From NCBI RefSeq assembly GCF_964204645.1, contig NC_134032.1, forward strand, positions 7,676,275 through 7,740,274: a stretch of 64,000 nt of DNA, read 5' to 3'. Within the stretch, counting starts at the first letter, position 1. Each line of letters begins with the position of its first letter. A program made the translations under genes and the position numbers. The DNA comes from Tubulanus polymorphus. Its lineage: Eukaryota; Animalia; Nemertea. Below are positions 25,024 to 37,960 of the stretch, piece after piece. The notes beneath the pieces were generated by a model that was not told the DNA's origin, made no database searches, and saw nothing but the letters and a program-made list of their open reading frames with translations.

Positions 25024-27140
25024 CGCCCAGTTTCACGAAAAAGTTAAACTCAAAAAATTAGTGTAAACTATTAATCCAGTTTAAATATTCGGTGTAAAAT
25101 TTTCAGTCAGTTTCATGAAAAAGTGTAAAATAAAATTGGTGTAATTTTGGTGTAAATTTTAAACTACATCACAAATGAGGTTAAAATCCTTAAACCAGTT
25201 TAAGGTTGCTAATGAAGATATTAAGATGGCGGAAATACTTGGTAATTTAATGTTTCGGAGAAGATACCTTCGCAGGCCTCAAGTATTTCGGCGTTTGCCA
25301 AATTCCCCGATGGATTTATATAATGATGACGAATTTTCCAGTAGATTCAGATTCAGCAAGAACTCAGTTCGACAGATATGTGACATATTAAGGGATCAAC
25401 TTGAGCGTCCTACCAATCGCTCAAAAAGCCTTTCGGTGGAGCACCAAGTGATTATAACGCTCCGATATCTAGCCACTGGATCGTTTATGTCAACGGTAGT
25501 AGACACAATCGGTGTTTCGAAAGCGACTGTTTCTCGAGTCGCATATTCAGTATGTTGTGCGCTCGTTAGTGTAAAAGATAGGTTCATTGTTTGGCCTAAC
25601 TCGGAAGTAGAAATCAGTGCGACCAAGCAGGGTATCTATGAATTAGGCCGGTTCCCAAATGCTATTGGATTGATTGATGGAACTCACATTAGAATCATCC
25701 GGCCATCAGTTGACGAGCCGGCTTTTATCAACAGGAAACGATATCCTAGCATAAACGTTCAGGCTGTCTGTGACCACACAGGTAAAGAATCATAAAGATA
25801 GTACGTTTTATGCAGTAGGCCTAGTTATCAAGATAAGATCAACAAGATATTAGTTTCATTTCAATTCTATTTTTCATTGGTCATTCAAGGGGCCGGAAAC
25901 TTTTGTGCTTTATAAAATGTTCGCTATAAATATTCTTTAAAGGAAAATTCACTAATGTTGTTGCGAAATGGCCTGGGTCTGTCCATGATTCCCATATCTT
26001 CAGAACTTCAGCTCTTGGTAGGTAAGTACAAGACTCCAGTCAGTCCATGTAGATCAATCATCTCGAATTCACTTCATCCAGGTTGATTAGATGTGGTATT
26101 TGATAGTTTTGAATGTATTATATATATATCAAGGAAAATATTTACAATTCTATTAAAATATGGTTGAATCTTATTTTCAAGACAATTATTGTGGTAGCTT
26201 GCGCGCGCCGCAATGAGCTGTTTTTGCAGTACCGTACTCTACTCGGTTAATTGACGCAACTCTCCGGTAGTTTTCAATTCTGCTGTCATAACATCACACA
26301 TTTTGTTACACTATAGACACCTAGAGGCTACACATCGAGGCTTAACTGATGGCGTTTTACTGGGAGATTCCGGATATGCGTTGAAGCCATACTTAATGAC
26401 TCCATTTCTTCAACCTGTTGGAGATTCTCAAATACGGTAAATAGAAAATATATTTGAATTTATCTCCGCTTTTATTTCCCTTGTACTATTATTTCTGAGG
26501 AATTAGTTTTTCTTGCAGATATAATATCTCACACAAGAGAACTCGTTCAGGAGTGGAGCGATCGTTCGGAAGATTGAAAGGACGTTTTGCAATCCTGCAC
26601 GGAGAGGTACGCTTAGCACCGGAGAAAGCGTGTACTATTATCATGGCTTGCTTCGTATTGCATAACATGGCAATTCTGTTTAATGAACCAGAAATTGGAG
26701 AGATTGGAGTGGACGACGACCCTGGGGAGGTCCACGCTGAAGAACCTCAAACAGGAAAGCTAATGCGCGACTATTTTGTGAACACCTTCTTTGCGTAACC
26801 TTTCTATTCGCAAAAAATGAAAAAGATAACATGTTAACAATAAATTGAGTAAAATTTGAATTGCAATAGAATTATTCGAAATTTTCTATCAAATCGTGGA
26901 GCACTATTCTTCTTGATTTTTCATTTCAATTGTAACACCCGTCGAATTTTGCAAAGCAAAAATTTCTAGTTGTAGCTTTGCGTTTTTTAGTATGAAGTTC
27001 TCTTTCTCCAACTTCAGACAATCGACCCTAAGCTGCAACCGTTCACAGTCCAATTTAATGCGTTTTCGATCCTCAAAAAGATTTTTGTACTGCGCTGCGG
27101 TGATGTCTGCAGAGGATATCTTGGCTGCGGGTTTCAAGGA
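25024..27140. mobile_element. Second PIF/Harbinger transposon abutting PolB; right end not found
   Basis: Left end GCCCAGTTTCACGAAAAAG with GTGTAAA subterminal repeats; transposase (+) and the 3' coiled-coil exon of the partner gene (26904-27137, -) converge. Confidence 0.85.
25226..26798 (+). CDS. Harbinger (HARBI1-like) DDE transposase, four exons, apparently intact, 344 aa
   Basis: Exons 25226-25781, 25943-26021, 26317-26436, 26519-26798 with GT-AG introns that keep frame; [36 protein letters not shown]. Confidence 0.88.
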
Positions 27141-27904
27141 GTTAGTTTAACAATACCTATTTTTCTTTACCGAATTAACCGTGTATTTACTAAGATAAAT
27201 CTTTAGTGTACCGGGGAATCGTAGGCCTAAACTAAACACGCCGAAGAGATATAGCGGAGAAAAGCTGTTATGTCGACGAGGTATCAAAATAAAAGAATAT
27301 ATTACTTTATTCGGCCGCGGGCTTCAACCTCTATATCAATACCATCAATACTCTATATTTCCTACAGTACATACCGATCATTGTCAAATGCACAAGGTAT
27401 TTACTAAATACAAGTATATAACACAATCCTTTCCGTATGCTGGACTCACACTTGACATTCGGAGTAAGCGTTCGCTGTGGGGGAAAGGGATCGTTCGCTG
27501 TGTCGCTTGAAGTGTTTATCGAGTTTGACGCGGCTTTAGGCTTACCGGTACTGAGCTTTACTGTCTCAAACAAACACAGTTTAATTGTTGCGTTTATTAA
27601 CGGACTCATTGGATTGAACTTTAAACAAAATTTACGATATTTAGGTGGGTTGTTATTCAATAGGCCTACGACCAATCTGTCCGGATGTTAGGCCTACATA
27701 GGCTAGTAGCCTCTACTAGGTTAAGCGTTCGCTGTGGGGGAAAGGAGATCGTTCGCTGTGTCGCTTGAAGTGTTTATCGAGTTTTACGCGACCTTAAGGC
27801 TTTAGTATGGTAGCTGATAAGGCCCATGCGTAAAAAAAACACGTATATGCAAATGAGGGCGACATTATGACAAAACGACAAAACTAAAATAACGCGACAA
27901 AACA

Positions 27905-29836
27905 ATAATTTTGGTTTTGTCGCCCGGGACAATTCATTATTTTGGTTTTATCGCCCGCGACAATTCATTATTTTGGTTTTATCGCCCGCGACAGTTCATT
28001 ATTTTGGTTTTGTCGCACGCGACAATTCATTATTTTGGTTTTATCGCCTGCGACAATTTTTTTTTTTCGCGGTTTTATCGCCTGCGACATTCAATATTTT
28101 GGTTTTATCAACAGCGACAATTCATTATTTTGGTTTTATCGCCCGCGACAATTCATTATTTTGGTTTTATCGCCTGCGACAATTCAATATTTTGGTTTTA
28201 TCACCAGCGACAATTCATTATTTTGGTTTTATCGCCCGCGAAAATTCATTATTTTGGTTTTATTGCCCGCGACAATTCATTATTTTTGTTTTATCGCCCG
28301 CGACAATTCATTATTTTGGTTTTATCGCCCGCGACAATTTTTTTTGTCGCGGTTTTATCGCCTGCGACAATTCAATATTTTGGTTTTATCGCCCGCGACA
28401 ATTCATTATTTTTGTTTTGTCGCACGTGACAATTCATTATTTTGGTTTTATCGCCCGCGACAATTTTTTTTTTGTCGCGGTTTTATCGCCTGCGACACTT
28501 CAATATTTTGGTTTAATCGCCTGCGACAATTCAATATTTTGGTTTTATCACCAGCGACAATTCATTATTTTGGTTTTATCGCCCGCGACAATTCATTATT
28601 TTGGTTTTATCGCCCCAGCAATTCATTATTTTTGTTTTGTCGCACGTGACAATTCATTATTTTGGTTTTATCGCCTGCGACAATTTTTTTTTGTCGCGGT
28701 TTTATCGCCTGCGACATTCAATATTTTGGTTTTATCACCAGCGACAATTCATTATTTTGGTTTTATCGCCCGCGACAATTCATTATTTTGGTTTTATCGC
28801 CTGCCACAATTCAATATTTTGGTTTTATCACCAGCGACAATTCATTATTTTGGTTTTATCGCCCGCGAAAATTCATTATTTTGGTTTTATTGCCCGCGAC
28901 AATTCATTATTTTTGTTTTATCGCCCGTGACAATTCATTATTTTGGTTTTATCGCCCGCGACAATTTTTTTTTTGTCGCGGTTTTATCGCCTGCGACAAT
29001 TCAATATTTTGGTTTTATCGCCCGCGACAATTCATTATTTTTGTTTTGTCGCACGTGACAATTCATTATTTTGGTTTTATCGCCCGCGACAATTTTTTTT
29101 TTGTCGCGGTTTTATCGCCTGCGACACTTCAATATTTTGGTTTAATCGCCTGCGACAATTCAATATTTTGGTTTTATCACCAGCGACAATTCATTATTTT
29201 GGTTTTATCGCCCGCGACAATTCATTATTTTGGTTTTATCGCCCGCGACAATTCATTATTTTTGTTTTGTCGCACGTGACAATTCATTATTTTGGTTTTA
29301 TCGCCCGCGACAATTTTTTTTTTGTCGCGGTTTTATCGCCTGCGACACTTCAATATTTTGGTTTAATCGCCTGCGACAATTCAATATTTTGGTTTTATCA
29401 CCAGCGACAATTCATTATTTTAGTTTTATCGCCCGCGACATTTCATTATTTCGGTTTTATCGCCCGCGACAATTCATTAGTTTCGTTTTGTCGCCCGCGA
29501 CAATTCAATGTTTTGGTTTTGTCCCACGCGACAATTCAATATTTTGGCTTTATCGCCTGCGACAATTCAATATTTTGGTTTTATCGCCAGCGACAATTCA
29601 TTATTTTGGTTTTATCGCCCGCGACAATTCATTAGTTTGGTTTTGTCGCCCGCGACAATTCAATATTTTTGTTTTGTCGCCGGCGACAATTCAAGATTTT
29701 AGTTTTATCGCCCGCGACAATTCATTTTTTGGTTTTGTCGCCCGTGACAATTCAATATTTTGGTTTTATCGCCAGCGACAAATGATTATTTTGGTTTATT
29801 GCCCGCGACAATTAATTTTTTTGGTTTTGTCGCCCA
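27905..29836. repeat. ~31-bp tandem satellite (TTTTGGTTTTATCGCCCGCGACAATTCATTA) with higher-order blocks
   Basis: About 60 units seen directly; diagnostic variant blocks recur near 28461, 29090 and 29311. Confidence 0.97.
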
Positions 29837-29926
29837 CTTAATTAGCTTTTGAATAATTAGGCCAATTAATAACGTAATAAAGACTTATGCTTTCGCCTAT
29901 TTTAAGTCGAATAATCTGATATAGTA

Positions 29927-30338
29927 CGGAAGCGATAAAGGGCCTCGAGTTGTCGCGTTCAAACTCGACAAGTCGCCATATTTATGTCGATATATCGCGA
30001 TATATCGCGTCAAGTCCACATGAATATGTCTACATATCGTGACGTTTTCACAACAAATTTCGCTTTTTTGCTCATTTTCCACGGGACAAGCCGTCATTTG
30101 AAGACATGTCTAAATGTAAGATGAGGACGCTAGTAATATGACGACTGAGTTTCAAGTCGTCATGAATATGTCGACTTGTCGCGAGGAAAATGGTCGAGAA
30201 AACGAAATATGTCGTCTAAACGTCACGATATATCGACATATTCATGTCGACTTGACGCGATATATCGCGGTATGTTGACATAAATATGGCGACTTGTCGA
30301 GTTGGAACGCGACATCTCGAGGCCCTTTATCGCTTCTG
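29927..30338. mobile_element. MITE with ~110-bp TIRs and TA flanks; partial second copy from 30440
   Basis: TA|CGGAAGCGATAAAGGGCCTCGAG...CTCGAGGCCCTTTATCGCTTCTG|TA; the same left end recurs at about 30440-30560. Confidence 0.8.
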
Positions 30339-30829
30339 TACATATAGTGTCGAATATTAAGGTCATTTTGGCAGATTCTTTTTTTTTTAAAGTGATATTA
30401 AAGCGATCATTCAAGTAATCCTACTTAATGAAAGATCTACGGAAGCGATAAAGGGCCTCGAGTTGTCGCGTTCCAACTCGACAAGTCGCCATATTTATGT
30501 CGATATATCGCGATATATCGCATCAAGTCAACATAAATATGTTGACACATTGTGACGTTTTGACGAATTTAAACTCAGTCGTCATATCACTGGCGTCCTC
30601 ATCTTTCAGCAACGCCAGTCACATGGAGTCGTACGTGTTCTACTTTCTGCGACGCGACACGACTGTCACAACCAACCGACGCGCTCTTGCGACTGGCAGA
30701 AACTAGTCGCACACAATCGTATTGCAACCGACTTGCACTGAAACTTGCGATGCAACGCGAGGATCGCATCGTGTCACAAGACCAACCTACATCCGGCTTT
30801 AAGTTACTTCGGAGCACCAGAAATATATT

Positions 30830-31330
30830 TTTTTTCGTTCAAAAGACCTTTCGCTTGAAAATTCTTTCGTCGGAACAAAATTTATTTCGTTCGAACCAAT
30901 AATATTCTATACGATTGAACCAATTTGAAAAAATCGTGAGAACAAAGTTGAACAAACTTTTTTTTGTCCAAACGAAAGGTTTTTCGTTCGAACTATCGTT
31001 CAATTGAACAGAATCTTTTTTAATTTGAACAGAATTTTCTTGTCAGAACATTAAGTTTTTCGTTCGAACAAGTATATTGAAAAAAGTTCAATCGAACAGA
31101 ATTGTTTTCATTCAAACATTCGTTCGAAAAAATTGTTTTCGCTCGACCAAATTTTTTTGCCGGGAAAATTTCATTTCAACAATAACATAGCTTTTTATTC
31201 GAACACATTTTTTGTCAGAATGAAGAAAATTTTTGGTTCAAGCAAAAAGCGTATTGTTCGATCAAACAGAATTATTTTCATTCGAACAAGATTTTCTTGT
31301 TGGAACATTAAGTTTTTGGTCGAACAGCGT
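30830..31330. repeat. Degenerate TTCGTTCGAACA-motif repeat array
   Basis: Repeated TTCGAAC/GAACAGAA motifs with A/T runs. Confidence 0.6.
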
Positions 31331-31369
31331 GTTAAGGTCGATTTGGAAATTTACTCGGTCTGGTATATG

Positions 31370-31675
31370 TTGGATTACTGTGTATGTCATTTGTCAGGAC
31401 ATTAAACAGAAGACAACTTAGGATACTACCTTGCGTGACTCCACTAGTTTGACCGACTTATTCCAAGATGAAGCGTTCCGTTGATTTCGGCTACAAGTTT
31501 TCGTTCAGAGATAACTGCTGAGCCATTTGGGCGACCTATAATTGATACTGTTTCCTAATAGCCTGTTTAGTAATGGCTGATGTTGTGCCTTATCAAATGC
31601 TTCGTCGAAATCCACCGTTGAACGGGATTCTAAGACTGTGCAGAAAACCCGTTATCGCTGCTTTGCAGCTATATT
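31370..31675. repeat. 306-bp dispersed repeat, copy 1 (direct copy at 37185-37490)
   Basis: Near-identical sequence from TTGGATTACTG to GCAGCTATATT. Confidence 0.9.
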
Positions 31676-32288
31676 AATTATTATTATTTTCTTCCACACT
31701 TTTTTTACTAAAAGAACAAAGGCTTTGTTACCTTGACGCTGTTGTCGATACAATCCATCTGATATCATTCAGCTCACTTCGATCTACAAATACCCCGTGC
31801 GTATTTGAAAAATCGTCGTTACAAAAGCACTGTCGGGCCGTAGACATCGAAAATTGAGCCCCATTCAAAAAGCCGACATGTTTTTCTAAGTCCTCTATCC
31901 GAAATCTACCGCACGTTTCTTGTCACATCAATTATCAATTCAAGCATAAATTAACAAATTTATTACCCAAAGATTGCACATTCTGTCGCGGTTTTTAAAA
32001 ACTAATTTTAAAGGGTAACTGACAGATATTTTATTCTGGCATAATTTCCTTGGAAAAAAATATATAGAATACGGATTTGTGAAGGTTTTTTGCTCTAAAA
32101 GTCATAGATCTATTAAAAATAGTACTTTAGTAACTGCATTTTCTTGCGGTGTGTTGAACTAGTTTCCGCAAACAAACATCGGCAATTTCCGGAATTCTCA
32201 AGTGCGTGACGTCACTACATGTACCAGGAAGTCTTTTGTCTCAGCGTTCATCTATACAAATGATTATTTACATGTTTACTTTTCCAAA

Positions 32289-35200
32289 ATGGGACTTCGC
32301 TGTGTCGCTTATGGGTGCAGTCATGGCAGTGCTGACAAAGCAAGTACATTCTACTGGCCAAGTGATGATAAGACGAGGGCCATGTGGACGAAATTTGTAT
32401 GCCAGAAGCGTTTAAACTGGACAGGGCCGACCCGGTATTCGGTCTTATGTCGGTATCATTTTGAAGAAACAGCTTGTGCAAATAAGATGATGTTTGACGC
32501 AAATTTCGCGAAAAAGTAAGCTTCATAATAAAACCCTTGAAATATAAATGAATAAATCCAGCCCATATGACTGGAACCTCCTGATTTAGGTGTATAGTAT
32601 AGGATTTGGATGATACTGAAGATTTATTATTATGATGAGATGGTCCCCGGACAACCTGGCCTGTAAAAAGCTACAATAGCGCTTTCATCATATGCAGGCA
32701 TCGTACTACAAAAAGGGACCATTTCACAATATTAAATCTATGAATTACTGAGTGAAAAGTATCTTTATCTTATAATAATAGACTACTCCATTTATTGAAA
32801 ACAAGATTAAACATAGCTGTCCTAAAAGGTCATAGGTAGCACAGGCCACAAATCAAAATGAATATCAAAATGCAACATATAATATCATTATGAGAGCTTT
32901 GCCAAATGAACTGATTTCTGAAGAAAATGTTTTATTTATTCAGTTTACTGCTAAAGTCAGGAGCTGTACCAACAATTCATATGCCGGTACAGCCAAGTCA
33001 ATTAAACTCAGCTGACGAAATGCTTTTTTCACCCCCCAGACCAAAGGGCAGGGCTGCATATGAAAAAAGAGAAAGAAAAAGAATATTTAACAATGTGGCG
33101 AACCCTCAAAAAGCCTCAGCTGTAATTCCCGATGATGAAGCTTCGTTTCAAGACCCGGACTGCCTAGTTGAGTCCAACATTGCCGCCAAATCTAAAGAAA
33201 TTGGCATACAAAGTGCACCAGATTGTGTGTCGAAAGGTGAGTATCTTTTTCAGTAGTGCCTTTTTCATTGTTGATACTGGTTTTTCACAGAGCAAAAGTT
33301 TAATTATTGATCTTTTGATAAATTCAGCTATTCAGACGCTTAAGACACCAGCAAAACCGAAAGTAGTAGTAACGTACAAAACAAAACCTGTTTATGTATT
33401 CAAAAAAGTACGCCAAACCTCACGGGGGGTTCAGATAACTCCTGCAACAAAAAGTAAGCACTGCATTTAGGAAATATTTTCAATATAATCAATGATTGAC
33501 TAATTTCTTATCAGATTTGATCACAATCCTATATCAATACTTATAATGAAAAAGTAAAAAAACTTCATTTAGGCCTATAGACTATTTTAAAGTTTTCAAC
33601 CATGCATTTCAGCGATTGCCACAGGGGTAAATATGAAGAGGAAAGGTCGGCCCCTTGGAAGCAGCAGGAAGACCTTTGTTGTTGATAGCAGTTCGTCTGA
33701 GGATAATGATTCTGATGATGAATACATTCCATCTGAATCTGACTCGGGTAGTGATAATAACTATGATTCTGATGAAGAAAATATTATTTTTGATGAAATG
33801 AGGTAACTTTTTTATGAGTATGTCTCAGGTAATGCTTATTGCTGATGATTACTAGTGCCACCCTACAACGATCTATCTATCCAATTTTCAGAGATGACAG
33901 CCAGCTAGATTATGGGAAACAAGCTAAAGTAATCGTTTTCGAGCATAAACTATTTGAACTTTTCCGTCATTGTAATTCTTGCGGTGGTTATAACAAGATA
34001 GAGAAAAGAACCAAAGGCACATTACTAGTTGTTCAAACAACATGCCAGTTGTGCTGGAAACAGAGTAGTTGGCAGAACCAGGATTTCATTGCAGGGAAAC
34101 AAGTTTTGAATATTTTGATAAGTGCGATGATCTTGCTTACTGAAACTGGCCAACAAAATCTATACGGTTGTTCGAGTAAGTCACCAGAGATGTGAACTTC
34201 TGATATTGTTAAATATTCAAAATTGTGTCCTAAATTCATTTAGGCCTAATATCCTCTGTTTCGATAGTTGAAAATTGATAGTGGGAACATAATTTTTTTC
34301 CAGGTTGCTAAATATTGCCATTCATTCAACGAGATCGTTTTTCCGCTATTAACGAAATTTCTTTCATGGAGCAATTAACCGGGTTTGGGAAGTCAGCAGA
34401 AAAACAATTTTGGATGGTTTAAATGGTGAGCGATTACTCGGTGGTGATGGGAGATGCGACTCCATGGGACACTAAGCCAAATTTGGGAGTTACTCCATCA
34501 TGGACATCGAGGCGAAGAAAGTTGTTTCACTGCAACTAGTGCAGGTAGATATACTGACGTAAAAGTTTTCAGATTGAAGTTGTGAGTTAAAATCTATTTT
34601 TTTAATAGCCATTGATTAAAAATGCCATATTGTGCAATTCCTTTCTAGTCAACTGAAGTTAAAAACTCAAATGCCATGGAGTTGGAGGGCCTAAAACGCT
34701 GCACAACAGAATTAGGGAATATACCGGTAAAGGCATTTATATCAGATATGCATTTGCACATTGGAAAATGGATAAGGACAGTATGGAAAGTTAGTCACTA
34801 TTATGACTGCTGGCACGTTGTCAAAAGTAAGTTAAAAAAATCTTTGCATAAATGTCTGTATAAATTACAAATGCAAAAATACAAATTTGACTCAAATCTA
34901 TGATTTTCAAAACTATTTGATTGAATTGATAGATCAGTTTCGAAAATTGCGCATAGAATTGAGTCAAAATGTCAAATACCCTCTTAGTTTTTCTTCACAT
35001 TTTGGGTCTTTCAGCAATCACTTTTTATATCGTTGGATAGCTTGAAAAATCTAATAATCTATAATTTCAGGTATAACAAAAAAGTTAGAGAAATTAGCGA
35101 AGACCAAAGCCTTTGTGGACATTCAAGACTGGGTGAAATCATTAAAATATCATCTATACTGGTGTGTTTCGTCTTCCCCGAAAGACGATAAGGAATCAAT

Positions 35201-36085
35201 CAAGAAAAAATGGCTCTCAGCTGTGGAACATGTTCAGGGGGTACACGTCAATTGTCAACACAAACCTTATGTAGCTCAGAAAAAGTGGTTGTTACCAGGT
35301 ATTTAATTGAAAACCATGTACTAGATAGAATAGTTCTATACCCAATCCTGATTTAGAAAAATGTGGAAGTAATCTATCAATTTAATCGTCTAGGTACGCC
35401 AGCAGGTGACAAGATTGAACAAGTTTTGAAAGGAACAAGATTAGTGAACAAGGTCACCAAAATGTCACCATATGGACAGACAAGCCAATTAGAATGTTTA
35501 CATTCTGTCTTCAACCATTTTGCCCCGAAAATGCTTCAGTTTTCATACAGAGGACTCCTCTCAAGGTCAGGCAAAAGCTCAAAACTGAATTATGGTATTA
35601 ATTCTATTCTAATATGCTATTAACATATTTTAATATCATTCTAGGCTCCACATTGCAGCAATGCATTTCAATGAAAACAGCTCCAGGATGCAAAAACTAA
35701 AAAACGATGGAACTGGTCGTGTGTCATTGATATACCCAAAATATAAGAAACGTCATGTGCTTCGATTTTTGCTAAATGATGCAACTTATGGTAAGAAATC
35801 CATATTAGATTTGCACTGACGTCTGCAGTTAAATGATTCAAGATAACTTTGTCACTTAAGGTGTCTTAATGTCAATTGAATAGCATATTTTAAATCAGTA
35901 TTCTATTTTCTTCAGATTATGTCAATGATTGTTTGAATGAAATCATAGGAGATATCAAAAAGAAACAACATACTAAAAAAAATATTGTTAGAGCTCCTCA
36001 AAGCCTGACCAGTGGTCGAGAACGAGTTTCAAAGGAAGAGGCGTTGGAACTGCATCGTAGTAGATTTGTAAAGAATATGAAATGA
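32289..36085 (+). pseudogene. THAP-domain KolobokP transposase, multi-exon, with stops
   Basis: THAP CVAYGC...W..F...LCRYHF...AVPTI; GDGRCDSMGH*AKFGSYSIMD; MELEGLKRC; HYYDCWHVVK; HLYWC; TSQLECLHS; AAMHFNEN. Nonsense codons near 34349 and 34473. Confidence 0.82.
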
Positions 36086-36190
36086 GTTGAAAATGAAATG
36101 TAGAAAGATGAAAAATTTTTATTCTGTGATAAAATTTCATATAGAAAATTTAATACTGAGGTTATTTAACTAAATGAAATGCTATGGCAA

Positions 36191-37083
36191 TCAGTCTTCT
36201 TTTTCTTCTTCTAACGCTGGCCATCGGAAACCTTTGTACAAATCCTCATCCCCATCTTCAGAAGGAAAATGAGCCCGGATGCAGGAAACGACACAGGACG
36301 GCAAAATAACACGATTTTTTCTGCCACAGTATCCCAAACACCATCGGGTAAATTGTCGATAGGCTATGTGTCTACACTTCTCTTCGATGGGTCCTTCAAA
36401 CGCTTTATTTCCATATTGTTGTTTGAATGTTAACCAGGCTACCTGCAACACCCATTTATCTGTACAAACAGAGGCAAATGCATTAGTGTCAGTAATGCAT
36501 TTAGGAACGGCCTCGTGGTGTTCAAATTCCAAAATTTCTGCCAATTTTTGAGTGACCTCTGGACTCTCCTGGCAACAGCAACATTCTGGTTCTGTGGGCA
36601 ACACCTGGCAGTGAGTACACGAACACCTTAAAATAAAAACAATAATTGCGAAAATTAGACTTGGGTTCTAGAAAGTGTCCATAAGTTCAGCTCGGCCCTA
36701 ACCTTATAGATTTCTACTGACAAGAAAATAACAAGCAACCCAGTACGGACACAGTACACGACGACGGTACAATGCTATGAAAATTTATTTTTGGTCTTAT
36801 TGTTATTGAATTGCATGGCATGCATCAATGATAAAAAAACAGGGTAAGTTTCTATCAGGGTTGGTTATTTAAACCATAAAATGTGCATTATCAAAAATGC
36901 ATTTATATATTAAGATACAAACACATATTAGCAAATATAAAACCCACCATTCGTGTAAAATATCCAGGTTCAGCCTATTGAGTCTGTCGGGATTGTTCGA
37001 CGGAACAATGGATTCATTTGTCTCATCTGGCTCCGGTTCGTATAGATACGGCCCAATGACTTCTTCATTTTCTGAATCTCCAG
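36191..37083 (-). CDS. P2X7 cytoplasmic ballast-like Zn-binding protein (KolobokP second gene), 5' end truncated
   Basis: Exons 36948-37083 and 36191-36626; PYLYEPE, W|CSCTHC...ECCCCQE, CIT..AF..VC, RHIAYRQFTRW, RVILPSCVVSCIRAHFP, YKGF. Confidence 0.85.
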
Positions 37084-37173
37084 GGTCCAGTTCCACAGTT
37101 CCGAGTTAAGATTTAACTCCGAGTTAACTCATCGAAAATGAACTAACTTTAACTCAGAGTTAACTCTAACTCA
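37084..37173 (+). mobile_element. Isolated Harbinger end related to the 16734 element
   Basis: CAG|GGTCCAGTTCCACAGTT followed by TAACTCNGAGTTA palindromes. Confidence 0.75.
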
Positions 37174-37184
37174 CAATTTTTATT

Positions 37185-37490
37185 TTGGATTACTGTGTAT
37201 GCCATTTGTCAGGACATTAGACAGAAGACGACTTAGGATACTACCTTGCGTGACTCCACTAGTTTGACCGACTTATTCCAAGATGACGCGTTCCGTTGAT
37301 TTCAGCTACAAGTTTTCGTTCAGAGATAACTGCTGAGCCATTTGGGCGACCTATCATTGATACTGTTTCCTAATAGCCTGTTTAGTAATGGCTGATGTTG
37401 TGCCTTATCAAATGCTTCGTCAAAATCCACCGTTGAACAGGATTCTAAGACTGTGCAGAAAACCCGTTATCGCTGCTTTGCAGCTATATT
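37185..37490. repeat. 306-bp dispersed repeat, copy 2
   Basis: Direct copy of 31370-31675. Confidence 0.9.
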
Positions 37491-37960
37491 TTGGTTTTGT
37501 CACCCGCGACAAATCAATATGTTGGTTTTGTCGCCCATGACAATTCAATATTTTGGTTTTTATTGCCCGCGACAATTCATTATTTTGGTTTTATCGCCCG
37601 CGACAATTCATTAATTTGGTTTTATCGCCCGCGACAATTTTTTTCCCGGTTTTATCGCCCGCGACAATTCATTATTTTTGTTTTATCGCCCTCAACAATT
37701 CATTAGTTTGGTTTCGTCGCCCGCGACAATTCAAGATTTTGGTTTTTCTGCCGCGACAATTCATTTTTTGGATTTGTCGCCCGCGACAATACAATATTTT
37801 GGTTTTATCGCCAGCGAAAATTCATTATTTTGGTTTTATCGCCCGCGACTATTCATTAATTTGGTTTTATCGCCCGCGACAATTTTTTTTTTGTCGCGGT
37901 TTTATCGCCCGCGACAATTCATTATTTTTGTTTTATCGCCCGCAACAATTCATTAGTTTG
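37491..37960. repeat. Second array of the 31-bp satellite
   Basis: Same unit and orientation as 27905-29836, about 15 units. Confidence 0.95.

Larger units (their letters stand above)
32012..37083. mobile_element. KolobokP-type DNA transposon; right end lost
   Basis: TTAA|AGGG left end; THAP-bearing multi-exon transposase (+) convergent with a P2X7-ballast-like gene (-), the known two-gene layout of KolobokP. Confidence 0.8.

Noticed and set aside
27905-29841. CRISPR array or protein-coding ORFs in the 31-bp repeat
   Set aside because: Units are contiguous with no unique spacers, there are no cas genes and the context is eukaryotic; the overlapping ORFs in three frames are a by-product of a stop-free repeat.
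31370-37490. 306-bp direct repeats as KolobokP long terminal direct repeats
   Set aside because: The left copy ends about 340 bp outside the TTAA|AG terminus and neither copy has Kolobok-type ends.
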